A stretch of 64,000 nt of DNA from a virus (lineage: Duplodnaviria; Caudoviricetes), in the IMG/VR virus record IMGVR_UViG_2517572207_000003, one strand, 5' to 3'. Numbering within the stretch: the first letter of the stretch is position 1; each line of letters opens with the position of its first letter. A program made the translations under genes and the position numbers. The notes under the pieces were generated by a model. That model was given only the letters and a program-made list of their open reading frames with translations. It searched no databases and was not told the DNA's origin. This document shows, one piece after another, positions 29,401-38,746 of this stretch.

Positions 29401-31848
29401 TTTAGCCCCATCCTTACCTACTGTTATAATTAATGCTTTTGTGACCTCTTCCAGTTGTTTCTTTATTTGAGTTTGTCTTTCAATAGAGGTACCGCTAATT
29501 TTAAGTGAATCAGAAAGCGATTTATGAGCATTAACGAGTTTGGGAAGTAAGTCGATTTGTCGTTGATACTGACTTATCATTTGTTGAGCAGCCGAATCAG
29601 CATCTTTCAAGTTTTGTGCTCTTTCACGCGCTGCTTTTTCTTCTTTTCCACTTTCCCAAATGACAAGAGCAATTGCCCCAGCCAGCAAAGTCAAACCTGC
29701 TGTAGCAGCAGCCATCGTTACAGTGGATAACGCTTGCGCCCTAGTCATAGCTGTAGTTGCAATTGTTGCCTCTGCTGTTGCAGCAGTAGATGCCTGAGTT
29801 GCTGCGCTACGTTGGATGGTAGACAATGTTGCTCCTTGAGAAGAAACAATATTCACTTCATTGGCTGTAGTGTTTGCAGCAACAGCCACCGTTTCTGCAA
29901 CCTTAGCTGTTGTAAGTACTTTCACAGCAGCTACTACATTCATAATTGGCCCGCTGAGGGCTTTATAAGCTAGAAGTAAACCCCCAATAGCTGCTGTACC
30001 CTCAAACACACCAGATGGTACTTTGGTAAGGCCAATAAGCAGTTGGTCAATCGCGTCCAAGACGTTCTTGATCATTCTTCTTAGCCCGTCGTCGCCCGCA
30101 TTGTTAAATATCTCAAGCAAAGATGCCTTGGTTTGTGCTGCTTTACGCTGAATAGTATCCATTTGAACTTTCAGGTATTCCATTGTCGATCCGGTTGAGC
30201 CTATAGAGGCTGCTGTACCAAGTAAAATATCCCCGGCATTAAGGGAAGCTGCCAATTTTGCATACTGATACACGCCCCGAGAGATATCTGCATATGACTT
30301 TGTAAGGTCATAGTTTTTGTCGATTACTTTAGTAGAAAGATCCAACAAGATATCTTCTGCTTTTCTCCATTGCTCTGATCCATTAACAACTTCCTTGGTT
30401 GCAACGCCCAAGCGTTCAATTTCTCCCACAGCTTTGTCGGTACGAATTGTACCCAATACTGTTTTCCACATGTTACCGAGATTTTCACCAGAGAGCGCTG
30501 TGTTACGTACACCGGCTGAAATAAGACCGTTCATGAAGTCGAAACTTACGCCTGTTTCAGCAGCAATCTTACCTGTACGCTCGAAGGCTGCTCCCAAGTC
30601 TTTAGCTGGTGCCATCGTATCATGGGCAACCTTGGACCAAGAATCCAGAACGCGCCCACCCAGCACCATAGCGTCATTACTGTTCTTGATTTGCACGCCA
30701 TACTGAGCAAATGTAGACTCCATTGATTTTGTCGCATCTTCCAAGGATACAAGGTCAACGGTACTGAGCATCGTTGACTTACGTACCATCTCCTGAACAA
30801 CACCTGCATCCTTATACATCCGTCCCCATAAACGAGCAGACTCGGTGACGTCCATAATCTCACTTCCCAGGTCATGGGCCGTGCGAATGAATTTGGTCGT
30901 CTGGTCATGTAACTTTTCAGTGTTCATGACCATTTCTTTCGTGCCTTCGTTATACTCTAAAAAGTAATGCTCGTTTGTTTGGATATACCCTGCCATATTG
31001 GATTCAATATCGACTAATCCCTCTTTAAGGACTTCCTGTGTTTTATGCAGAGCTGCATATGCTGTATTAAATACAAGGGCATGGGTAGCCATATCACCTA
31101 CTCGGCTAATCCAGTTAGGAGTTGTATTAAAAGTCTGCTTCATTTGCGCTTCGGTTTGGCTTAAAGAGCGCCGGATCTTCTGTTCTTCCTGAAGTACTTT
31201 CTCACGGACTTGTGCCTCTTTTTGCTCCCTGGCACGTAATGCATTCACCCAAAACTTTTCGTAGTCTTGTGCGTTCTTACGTGCCTGCTGTGCTTCTTTC
31301 TCTGCCAGTTGAGATATCTTCATCCGTATGGACTGTTCTTCCATTAAGACACGTTCACGTGTCCTGTCGTCAGTCCCAGCCCCTGAGACCTTTGCCGATC
31401 TCTGACCCGTCAATGAAGCTTTATTCTGCAAAGCCTCCATACGCTTCAGGTGTTCACGTTCCTGCTGTTCAATTGCATCCTCACGCTTTTTTACAATGGC
31501 CTGTTGTGCCCTTAGCTTCTCATCTGTAATTTTGTTAGCTTGGTCTAGTTGGTTCTTTCGTGCAGCATTTAATTCTGCCTGTGCAGTGCGTTGCTTAACA
31601 AGAGCTTCGGATTCAGCAAGGATCTTCTTCCGTCTGTCATCTGCTGAAAGAGCAAACTTGTCTGCGCTACTGGCAAGAGATTTGAAATTCTTCTCACTTA
31701 GTCCGAGTTCCGAATTTAAAACCTTAAAAGATTCAGCATTCGCCCTTGCTCCGTTGTCGATCACCTTGAAAGCGGGTAGTATCTTGGTTGTATCCAAGTT
31801 TATCCGCGCACCTACTACATCTTTACTTAAGTCCGCCAATTCGCTCAC
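26434..31848 (-). CDS. Tape measure protein
   Basis: 1804 aa, helical; TP901-like core; KFHSGGIV...EVPVIAREGE C-terminus. Confidence 0.95.
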   Translation of the reverse strand: MSELADLSKDVVGARINLDTTKILPAFKVIDNGARANAESFKVLNSELGLSEKNFKSLASSADKFALSADDRRKKILAESEALVKQRTAQAELNAARKNQLDQANKITDEKLRAQQAIVKKREDAIEQQEREHLKRMEALQNKASLTGQRSAKVSGAGTDDRTRERVLMEEQSIRMKISQLAEKEAQQARKNAQDYEKFWVNALRAREQKEAQVREKVLQEEQKIRRSLSQTEAQMKQTFNTTPNWISRVGDMATHALVFNTAYAALHKTQEVLKEGLVDIESNMAGYIQTNEHYFLEYNEGTKEMVMNTEKLHDQTTKFIRTAHDLGSEIMDVTESARLWGRMYKDAGVVQEMVRKSTMLSTVDLVSLEDATKSMESTFAQYGVQIKNSNDAMVLGGRVLDSWSKVAHDTMAPAKDLGAAFERTGKIAAETGVSFDFMNGLISAGVRNTALSGENLGNMWKTVLGTIRTDKAVGEIERLGVATKEVVNGSEQWRKAEDILLDLSTKVIDKNYDLTKSYADISRGVYQYAKLAASLNAGDILLGTAASIGSTGSTMEYLKVQMDTIQRKAAQTKASLLEIFNNAGDDGLRRMIKNVLDAIDQLLIGLTKVPSGVFEGTAAIGGLLLAYKALSGPIMNVVAAVKVLTTAKVAETVAVAANTTANEVNIVSSQGATLSTIQRSAATQASTAATAEATIATTAMTRAQALSTVTMAAATAGLTLLAGAIALVIWESGKEEKAARERAQNLKDADSAAQQMISQYQRQIDLLPKLVNAHKSLSDSLKISGTSIERQTQIKKQLEEVTKALIITVGKDGAKQLESANFSEKAVRIQVDALNTLIAKQNEARKNMLTDQQSEINNQLKKNTEELEQTKEKLLKVKDSLASQMGEFFKNVFTGKSLDEASNSVQLLQDEVNGLEKENHKLSASAAEVAVQLGQVAVDAVDQFAGKSGTAAESAKAQAEALADLREQIQGNGTAVSEMNNLLSDLSKGQSLNAAAATDLILKYPQLAAEIYKTSDGWKFEKDAVEVLRKAKIQKAIDDLKSEKASAFNTKVSTDERLKAYSIEAEAIRNLAQLKAALNGVMAQSSLEVAKRQTELNSMTGIRSVLNAPFKNQLDVDKKKLDNKKKLDEIYTEYENQAKSFDTRINALSKLYKDPKFGVSGSSSKEKKGRKGKSDAEKSAKKAAKEAADARKDSYSDDMDNFKYIAERNEWSIDQQIAGYKRLAQRHKQYLLEDKDAMKQWSRDVQKLNDSRFQEDVENLERRTERMRQANKQEIEMVKTSLDFYKKEQSKSYLLPANRREIQKQIYDLSVKYNELRYQNSEKWIDKETSKMEMAGQTQIAILKMEYDAYMRMSKAKDRTAEQSFELQQKIYEKRKALEDEFLSDFQKRINYQKSMEAVSVSDQLNLWTKMQALYKEGTEQRMEIDVQVHDLKKQLLEDQKKVTAEAAKKEKEALEKTRDEEVKRIEAERDAFIEAQDAKIKAIDDLLAKMQTANEDEDYDRAMAEKQVRLSLLQSAVGPEGIAERKQTEKDIEDMQREHNRTLAKRGLEDQKKKLQDEKTEREKDYNDQIEAAKQHYDRLAEKYDEYSDGVESKAEDLKNTQISKETEKNAEILRQLDQFIADYQAKMAEINATSLSASFDTGSSISEKDSDLARYNSNIDKWYSAGAAEKTKLHEENAALRNKYGIKKDTGKLQKFHSGGIVQGQKGAEVPVIAREGEMYLNGQQQSNLWKIINFKMPKLNFSMPDFSMPMASGSSNPQQISNQFVIKSGDTYIEDESAAKVFWSERDNFVRRLQTRGGKS

Positions 31849-31928
31849 CTCTCATAGGGTTCAGGAAACTTTTCCTGCCCTGAATACAGAAAAAGAGGCA
31901 TCCTGCATGATTGCGGATGCCTCTTAAT

Positions 31929-32225
31929 TTACTTGGCGAAGAAACCAAGATCAGATAATGTCTTAACCTTCTTTGGCTTTTTGTTTTCAACATTGCCACC
32001 GTGAAGAATGATTTCAAATTCCCGGTTTCTGTTCTTAGCCTTCATGAGCGCTCTAATTTTTGGAATAGTCATATTAGGCCACTCCGAATCAGAAATACCA
32101 TTGCTCACACATAAAGCCCAAAGTTCTAACCAGTCCGTTTCATGCTCATCCTCGACAGGGTTAGACTCCTCCTGTTCATCTTCCTCATCTGACTCTTCAT
32201 CTGGAGGAAACGACTCAGAATAGAA
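31929..32225 (-). CDS. Tail assembly chaperone frameshift extension (gpT-like)
   Basis: Frame with no start codon at its 5' end: FYSESFPPDEE...EWPNMTIPKIRALMK...GFFAK*, +1 relative to the chaperone. Confidence 0.75.
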   Translation of the reverse strand, partial: FYSESFPPDEESDEEDEQEESNPVEDEHETDWLELWALCVSNGISDSEWPNMTIPKIRALMKAKNRNREFEIILHGGNVENKKPKKVKTLSDLGFFAK

Positions 32226-32556
32226 ATCGGTCTAACAAATCATCCAGTACTGCAATACCGTCCTGGTCAATCAGTTCGTACTCTTTTTCCGTTATTTCCT
32301 CAACCAGCACGAGATTAAACACCTTTTTGTACATTTCCTCCACTTTAGGCCAGTCAACTGCTTCCCGGTCTTCGGTAGCCTCCCATTTTTTCCGGCCTAT
32401 CGAAAAGGAAAACTTGTGTACTACACCATCCATTTCTTCACGAACCTGACGGATCAATGCAATAGTCCCGATCTTCACATGCTTTTTGATGCCCTCTGCC
32501 AACCGAATTTCTGAACCTATATTAAGAGTTTTATCCAACTGTTTGTCTGTACTCAT
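32215..32556 (-). CDS. Tail assembly chaperone (gpG-like)
   Basis: Position between the major tail protein and the TMP. Confidence 0.75.
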   Translation of the reverse strand: MSTDKQLDKTLNIGSEIRLAEGIKKHVKIGTIALIRQVREEMDGVVHKFSFSIGRKKWEATEDREAVDWPKVEEMYKKVFNLVLVEEITEKEYELIDQDGIAVLDDLLDRFLF

Positions 32557-32620
32557 TAAATTTCCTCCTCAATGTATGTAACCCCCTATCGCTCTGGTAG
32601 GGGGTTGGGTTAGTGATTAA

Positions 32621-33409
32621 TTAGATACCGAAAATGATTTCCACTGCATATCCGTTAGGGTTTTCCGGCGTGATATCCGGTTCCATAATCTCCAGCGCCA
32701 ATGTATTAGTGGTTGGCTTTTTTCGTTCTTGGGACACGTCCAATGTCCCACCCCCGAGAGCCTTCCAAATAGTGAGCTGGCAGGGGACTTCTTTACCGTT
32801 CCGATCATCGGTTAATGAAAAACGATGCACCAGTTTAAATGGTTTCGGACGGCGTTTACCACTTAAACTGCTTCTTGTGGCATTCTCTTTTGACCATTTG
32901 AACGTAACAGTGATTAACTTCCCTTCGTTTGCAACATCAGATGTAATTTTCCCATCAGCTGTAATTACGTACTGTTCTGCTGTTGGAGTAGACGCAACAC
33001 GAGTCAGTTCAGTAAGTTCTCCTGTGTCAGTGTCTTTTAAGTAAACACGGTCACTCTTATCTACAAAGGTTCCGTTAAACTTCGTTGGAGCCTTTAATTT
33101 ATAGCCATCAGTAGCGGTCAAAAATCCTTGCTCTACCTCATCAAATTGAACTGTGCCTTTTTCTGATTCAGCCCCTTGAGACAACTCAGCCAAAATATCA
33201 GAGTAACGAGGAACTTCCATCGAGGCCTTATCCCCTAAATCCTTAGCAGTATAGTGGAATGCATATCCACTATCGCCGCCCATTACTTTGTCCCAATCAA
33301 ACTGCAATTGCAAAGTTACTTTTGTGATTTTATCATCAAGAAACTTTAGCCTTCCGCCTTCTTCATAAACCTGCGCTGACCCCACACCATCAAATACTAA
33401 AGGTTGCAT
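32621..33409 (-). CDS. Major tail tube protein
   Basis: Position, size, beta-rich sequence, own downstream terminator. Confidence 0.75.
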   Translation of the reverse strand: MQPLVFDGVGSAQVYEEGGRLKFLDDKITKVTLQLQFDWDKVMGGDSGYAFHYTAKDLGDKASMEVPRYSDILAELSQGAESEKGTVQFDEVEQGFLTATDGYKLKAPTKFNGTFVDKSDRVYLKDTDTGELTELTRVASTPTAEQYVITADGKITSDVANEGKLITVTFKWSKENATRSSLSGKRRPKPFKLVHRFSLTDDRNGKEVPCQLTIWKALGGGTLDVSQERKKPTTNTLALEIMEPDITPENPNGYAVEIIFGI

Positions 33410-33454
33410 ATAGTTTCATCCTCCTTATATGTGAACATAAAAAAACTGGTCATC

Positions 33455-33910
33455 TTATTTGACCAGTTCCCATAGACGCTTATCAATTTCTGCAATGCGA
33501 CTGTACTCTTTGGTTAGCTTGTAACCCTGTTTTGGATTCCAGATTCCCATGATACCCAATCCTTTAGCAAGCGCGATTTTTTCAGCAATCAGCGTTTCCC
33601 ACTCGGTAGGTTCTGGTTTAGGAGGATTAGGTTGAGTCCAATTCAATTCGGCTTCATAAGTTGTACCAGCAAGAGTAACAACATTAAATTTGTACTTCTT
33701 GGTTGCATTTGCTTCACTAAACCATAGAGTTTCCTGATCATCCGGTTCAATTTTAACTCCATCTTTTTCAATACTGGATACGCTGGTTTTAGCCAAAGAA
33801 ACTCGCTTTTGTGCTGAATCCAGCAGCTCATATTCAACGTGGTTAACACCATTGTGATCACCGGATCTCCCGGTTGATTTCCATACAGCTGCTTCTGCCA
33901 TTCTGCCCAC
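33455..33910 (-). CDS. Hypothetical virion-module protein
   Basis: 151-aa ORF in the head-tail operon. Confidence 0.6.
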   Translation of the reverse strand: MGRMAEAAVWKSTGRSGDHNGVNHVEYELLDSAQKRVSLAKTSVSSIEKDGVKIEPDDQETLWFSEANATKKYKFNVVTLAGTTYEAELNWTQPNPPKPEPTEWETLIAEKIALAKGLGIMGIWNPKQGYKLTKEYSRIAEIDKRLWELVK

Positions 33911-33911
33911 C

Positions 33912-34346
33912 TCAATTCATTCTCAAGTAATCAACATCGAAAATTGCTTTATACCCCTTAACCCCTTGGATGCCAGTAGCAAAATCTGAGTCATAGGACA
34001 GTACACAAAGATAGGACATAAATCCCTGTGCAAACAACCTTTTTTCGTGCAAGGTTTTGAATGCTCTTTCAAATAGAAGCTTTGCTTCATATGCTGTCTT
34101 ACCGTAAAAGTCGATACAGAACTTGCCTTCGAACACCAGTGGATTAGTGGCATATCGTCCCGGCATGACATATTGGCAGATATGTGGAACTGTATCCTTA
34201 GAAACCGTTATCTCAGGCTCCATGCCTTTCGTAAATCGCTTTACGACATCAGCAGAGGATGATGAAGGAGTAAGCTTCAGCATGCTCATAAATTCCGAAT
34301 CTTCTTTCAAAGCATTTTGAACAGCATCAATAAGTTGTAGGCTCAC
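33912..34346 (-). CDS. Tail terminator/completion protein
   Basis: Position; FCIDFYGKT pattern. Confidence 0.6.
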   Translation of the reverse strand: MSLQLIDAVQNALKEDSEFMSMLKLTPSSSSADVVKRFTKGMEPEITVSKDTVPHICQYVMPGRYATNPLVFEGKFCIDFYGKTAYEAKLLFERAFKTLHEKRLFAQGFMSYLCVLSYDSDFATGIQGVKGYKAIFDVDYLRMN

Positions 34347-34921
34347 TCCCGTACCTCCTTGAAGTATCTGTGATACGGAAACTCAGTTATTACACGGCTA
34401 ATGCCATCCAAAATACGTTTCCGGTTAGACTGAATTGCAATACGCAGGAAGTAAGTTGGTGGTGTGGCCTTAAATGAAGGATCAATATCACCGCGCTCCG
34501 CAAGCTCCTCCAAATCTACTCCAGCATATCCTCCACCTGATTCCTTCATGGTACCATCAATCGCTCGGTACTTTCCGCGGGAACGACCTACAATGATACG
34601 ATCACCTTTGGACCTCAGTCGGTTCCATGCTTCACTATTCATGTAGGTTATTAAACCGGGATTTTGGCTGCTGTCTGCCATCTTAGAACCTTTACCGAAT
34701 TGTTCAAGCCACGCCTGCCAGTAATCCGCTGTAATGTCGCCTGAAATCATTTGATTAGCAAGCACGAACATGTGCATCTCCAAATGGTCCCGAACTGCTG
34801 GGTAGTACCGTATGCCGCTTTTGGCTGTCAGCATGACCAGTTTCGTTAACCCAGTAATTTCAACAGCGAGCTTATTCTCCAGATCCTTCGCCGCTTTCAC
34901 TGAATCATACCCTGTAATCAT
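34343..34921 (-). CDS. Neck protein (HK97 gp10-like)
   Basis: WLEQFGKGS...PPTYFLRIA. Confidence 0.6.
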   Translation of the reverse strand: MITGYDSVKAAKDLENKLAVEITGLTKLVMLTAKSGIRYYPAVRDHLEMHMFVLANQMISGDITADYWQAWLEQFGKGSKMADSSQNPGLITYMNSEAWNRLRSKGDRIIVGRSRGKYRAIDGTMKESGGGYAGVDLEELAERGDIDPSFKATPPTYFLRIAIQSNRKRILDGISRVITEFPYHRYFKEVRE

Positions 34922-35493
34922 CGGCGGTCCTCTGAAAGCTGGACATGCAGTAGATTAGGATACTTCATCCTATCAACTTCATCTACCTGGTATGTCTTCC
35001 CGCCCATAACGATTCGGTCAGGAATAGCAGTAGTTGTCTCCTCTGGTTTCTTTACATCAACAGTCGTTTGCATCTGCAAAACAAATACGGTACTCGATAG
35101 TAATCCCGGTTCCTGCTGCCGAAGTTGCGCTGTAACATACTGTGCAAAGCAAACAACATCAGCAGCGACCGATGTAAATTCAGCATCGCCCACCGGATTA
35201 TCGTTTACGTCATAAGCTTGCTGGTATCTTTGCACCTCTACCACAGCATTTGTTTTAACAAATGAACAGTAGTTGTCCTGATCTACTGTTTTTCTTAAGG
35301 TAAGAACCAAGAATGTGTCCTCAGTCTGCACCAAAGAACCACGATTAATGAGTGATTCGGGCGAGAATACACCGTTATAGACGTATTCTTTGCCCATTAC
35401 AGTCGTCGCTTTGGTTTCCCTTGATAGAATCACTACATCTTCGTTTCCATCCACCACACACGGCGTATGGCGGTGTGAGAACTCATAGAACAA
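34918..35493 (-). CDS. Head closure/stopper protein
   Basis: Position; DRIVMGGKTYQVDEVD. Confidence 0.6.
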   Translation of the reverse strand: MFYEFSHRHTPCVVDGNEDVVILSRETKATTVMGKEYVYNGVFSPESLINRGSLVQTEDTFLVLTLRKTVDQDNYCSFVKTNAVVEVQRYQQAYDVNDNPVGDAEFTSVAADVVCFAQYVTAQLRQQEPGLLSSTVFVLQMQTTVDVKKPEETTTAIPDRIVMGGKTYQVDEVDRMKYPNLLHVQLSEDRR

Positions 35494-35503
35494 CTTGCAT
35501 CAC

Positions 35504-36070
35504 CTACCTAAATGACCTATGTTCAAACTCAGACAGAAGATCGGCTATCTCTGGAGTAATCATGCTGTTTCCAAAGTATTCAATGCTATAATCGAAATCC
35601 TTTTTGGATTTCACATTTGAATTTGGATTAGCAGCAAGTTGTCCGATGATTAGTCCACATGCCACCTTGACCTTATCAGGTGTCGTTTCCCAGCCGCTGG
35701 TATACGTCACTTCCAATTCTGAGTAAGCTGAACCAAAAGGAGAGAAGCCACACCAGACTGTGCCAATATCCTTGTCGATATCAATGGTGCTGGTGTCAGT
35801 GATTGTTTCGAATCCCGGCGGACCAAAGAAATTACCCATCAATCCCTGCTTCGGCCTGCCCTTTACCTCCTTCACCTCTACAACTGGGTAATAAGACAAA
35901 TGCCCTCTCTGCTGATCGGTAAGCGGTATACGCTCGGTATACGTTGTAACTCCGATCTCACGTTTGCACCGTCCATCAATTACGGCTGATGCTCTGAGAA
36001 TAAGTGGAGTAGTTAATTTTATCCCTACCGGAACGAAGTCAGAGTCCGTTAACTCAAGATACTGACTCAT
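35504..36070 (-). CDS. Head-tail adaptor
   Basis: RASAVIDGRCKR...VTYTSGW..PDKVKVAC...DYSIEY. Confidence 0.75.
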   Translation of the reverse strand: MSQYLELTDSDFVPVGIKLTTPLILRASAVIDGRCKREIGVTTYTERIPLTDQQRGHLSYYPVVEVKEVKGRPKQGLMGNFFGPPGFETITDTSTIDIDKDIGTVWCGFSPFGSAYSELEVTYTSGWETTPDKVKVACGLIIGQLAANPNSNVKSKKDFDYSIEYFGNSMITPEIADLLSEFEHRSFR

Positions 36071-36474
36071 TCTACATATCCAGCATCGGCAAGCTCGTCT
36101 GCCAGTTCATCCGGTAACTGTGCTTCGCCATCCACGAAGTTAACGACCCCATTTTTTAAATGAATCGTGTGAGGACCCTTGCGCTGGCTTGGTGTACCGC
36201 GAAGCGTAACTTTTCGGACTGCTGGAATCCTAGCAGCCAGAAAAGAACTGCGCGCATCATTCAACACCGTTGTTTGAGCATCGAACTGGCTTGGTTCTGC
36301 TCCTTCAGCGCCAACCAATGTCTCTGCCGCTGTAACGGCCTCCTTGAATGCATCTGCCGATTGTTGAGGATATTGCCCTCCATTTTCACCAATCTCAGCC
36401 TGCGCTAACAATGCTGCGCTTTCAGCAATCGCATCTTTCAGCTTATCCAGATTCGATTTTGCCAACTGAATCAT
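36067..36474 (-). CDS. Head-associated protein with a FIVAR-like domain
   Basis: LKDAIAES...GQYPQQSADAFKEAVTAAE...LNDARSSF. Confidence 0.55.
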   Translation of the reverse strand: MIQLAKSNLDKLKDAIAESAALLAQAEIGENGGQYPQQSADAFKEAVTAAETLVGAEGAEPSQFDAQTTVLNDARSSFLAARIPAVRKVTLRGTPSQRKGPHTIHLKNGVVNFVDGEAQLPDELADELADAGYVE

Positions 36475-36532
36475 CTCCTCTCAACATTAAGAGAGACGGT
36501 CACATTAACCGCCCCCTTAGTCTTAAAATTTA

Positions 36533-37534
36533 TTAGCCTACCGCCGTAATCGTTGGACGCTCAATTGTCCCGTAAGCATGAGCGTAACTTGGTCCTTTAG
36601 CTACTGGAGCACCGTATTTAATGCCCACATACTGTTCTTGCAGGCTTGATGTTGTACCCAATTGGAACAAGTAGATCCCCTTTTCTCCAACGTAGTGATA
36701 TTCAATCATCGGTTCGGTTATAATCGCAATACCATAGTCAGTATTCGATGCTGTCGTCGCATTTACAGACGATGTAATAAACGGTTCTGGAATAATCGGC
36801 AAGAGTCCAGCAGCAGTCATAATAGCCAGTACTTCCAAACCTGCGACAGTTGTCTTCTTGATGTTGCTGACTTGCGTTTGATTGTTGGCTGCGGTTCTCT
36901 CTTCTTCTTCTAAGTAGTGATGCGCAATAGGATGAATATAGATAGCGGTTGGCATAAGCTCGTACAACTCACTTGCTACCATTGCAGCAACTTTCGCCCG
37001 AATACCCGATACAATAGATGCAGTTGGTCCAACAGTGAAAGTGTTTGTGATTTGATTGGCAAGGCCCACATATTGAAGAGTTGTAGGGACTGTCAATCCT
37101 GTGTCTGTACCTCTCCAAAGAGCTTTACCGTGGGCAAGACCAATGCCATTAAGCATATCATTCAAATCCTTCGCCTTAAGCTCAGGAAAGTTGTTTTGTT
37201 GTTGTCCTAAAGTGATATCGTAATGTCCAAAATTAACTTGGTTGGTCAGGGCCTTAATCTTCACCCCATGAGGTGTGCGCTGATTGCTAGTGGAAGCAGC
37301 CGATGGATTACGTGGATCGACGAATTCACCGCCTTTAACAGTGTTTTGTTCATAGTAAGTTGAAATATCTCCTGTAGCAGGTACGTAATTTAGTCGTCCA
37401 TCCAATATAGATGTTCGGCGCAATACATCTGTAATTTCTTTTTGGAAATCGTCTGTAATGATTGCCCCCGGTCCTTGAAATTGCGTTGCTGCTGCCATTG
37501 TGACGAATTCAGCTGTTCCTACACGGTTATTCAT
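36533..37534 (-). CDS. Major capsid protein
   Basis: 333 aa after the scaffold; HK97-fold-like features; downstream terminator. Confidence 0.8.
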   Translation of the reverse strand: MNNRVGTAEFVTMAAATQFQGPGAIITDDFQKEITDVLRRTSILDGRLNYVPATGDISTYYEQNTVKGGEFVDPRNPSAASTSNQRTPHGVKIKALTNQVNFGHYDITLGQQQNNFPELKAKDLNDMLNGIGLAHGKALWRGTDTGLTVPTTLQYVGLANQITNTFTVGPTASIVSGIRAKVAAMVASELYELMPTAIYIHPIAHHYLEEEERTAANNQTQVSNIKKTTVAGLEVLAIMTAAGLLPIIPEPFITSSVNATTASNTDYGIAIITEPMIEYHYVGEKGIYLFQLGTTSSLQEQYVGIKYGAPVAKGPSYAHAYGTIERPTITAVG

Positions 37535-37537
37535 ATA

Positions 37538-38593
37538 TTACACACTCTCCTTGTCAGCAAATTGTGCTTTTGCCTGCATTTTAAGTTTGAAAGATTCGGA
37601 AGTTGGAAGATTAAGAGCATCGACGGAAGCACAGAAGGTTTTGTAATCATTCACTTCCGCTCCAGCTGCAAGATTGGCATTACTGCCATACTTGGACAAT
37701 AGAGCGGATGCGCTGAATGTTTTGCGTTCCGGCTCTGCTGGAGGCGCACCCGCTGCTTTTAACTCTTTCAATTCTTTTTCTAAAGCATCCGCTTTATCTT
37801 GAGCTGCCTTTAGAAAAGCAGCAGCTTGTTCTTCAGCAGTTTTATGTTCGGCTTCTTCACTTGCAGCTTTCATAGTGGTGATATCTGTTTTAATTGCTCC
37901 CATCTCTGTGACCACGCTTTGTACACTCGCAGTGATAGCGGACATACCATCTTGCAGCGCCTTCATGGAGTCTTCCATCGCTTTGATTTGTTCCGGTGTC
38001 ATATTGACATCCTCCTTGTTATGTTTCGTATTACGAGCAGCAAAACTCGTTGTTTTATAGGCAGCGGCATCAGCGAACAGAATAGCTGCTCCTGTACCAC
38101 AAAACTCAATCACGTCTAATACATTTTCTAAATCCGTTGCATCCTGTACAGAAGCTTCCATTTCGAGTGATGCACCAAACTGATACTCGCTCCAGTTATA
38201 CTCAGCCGCTAAACCGTTGTAGTAACGAATAGTCGCAACCACATCAGGAAAATCTTTTGCGTAAATGTATCCGTCAATCCATGCATACCCATCAAGTGAA
38301 CGGTAAGCCTTATCAATTACAGCGACTTTAAAGCGCGGGTCATGGTCCGCCATACCGTTGGCATAGTCAATATTCAAGGCCATACCCACGAAGGTTTGAA
38401 GATATTGGTCGCAAACATTTGATGAAATACGAATACGTTTCCCGCCAGCACCATGAGGTGAGCCATCACTTGGTTGATCAACTGCGAAAAGAGCACATTT
38501 GAAAGGAACCTTGTTTGGATGTCCTCCTTCTTCGGATAACTTGAAGTCCTGAACGCGCATCCGCTGGTTGCTCATTTTCAACGTTTTAAGCAT
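37538..38593 (-). CDS. Prohead protease/scaffold protein
   Basis: N-terminal His and GASLE Ser domain; C-terminal Ala/Glu/Lys coiled coil. Confidence 0.7.
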   Translation of the reverse strand: MLKTLKMSNQRMRVQDFKLSEEGGHPNKVPFKCALFAVDQPSDGSPHGAGGKRIRISSNVCDQYLQTFVGMALNIDYANGMADHDPRFKVAVIDKAYRSLDGYAWIDGYIYAKDFPDVVATIRYYNGLAAEYNWSEYQFGASLEMEASVQDATDLENVLDVIEFCGTGAAILFADAAAYKTTSFAARNTKHNKEDVNMTPEQIKAMEDSMKALQDGMSAITASVQSVVTEMGAIKTDITTMKAASEEAEHKTAEEQAAAFLKAAQDKADALEKELKELKAAGAPPAEPERKTFSASALLSKYGSNANLAAGAEVNDYKTFCASVDALNLPTSESFKLKMQAKAQFADKESV

Positions 38594-38746
38594 TTAGATT
38601 CTCACCTCCCTCCGTGATATTTCTGTTGTCTGCGCTCTGCTCGGTTTCTCGGTGTTGGCAATGACCTGGGATATGTCAGTCTCACAACACTGCAAACAAA
38701 CCTTGTAAACACGTCCTCACCGCCTCTCAGGGCAAAATAAAAACAC

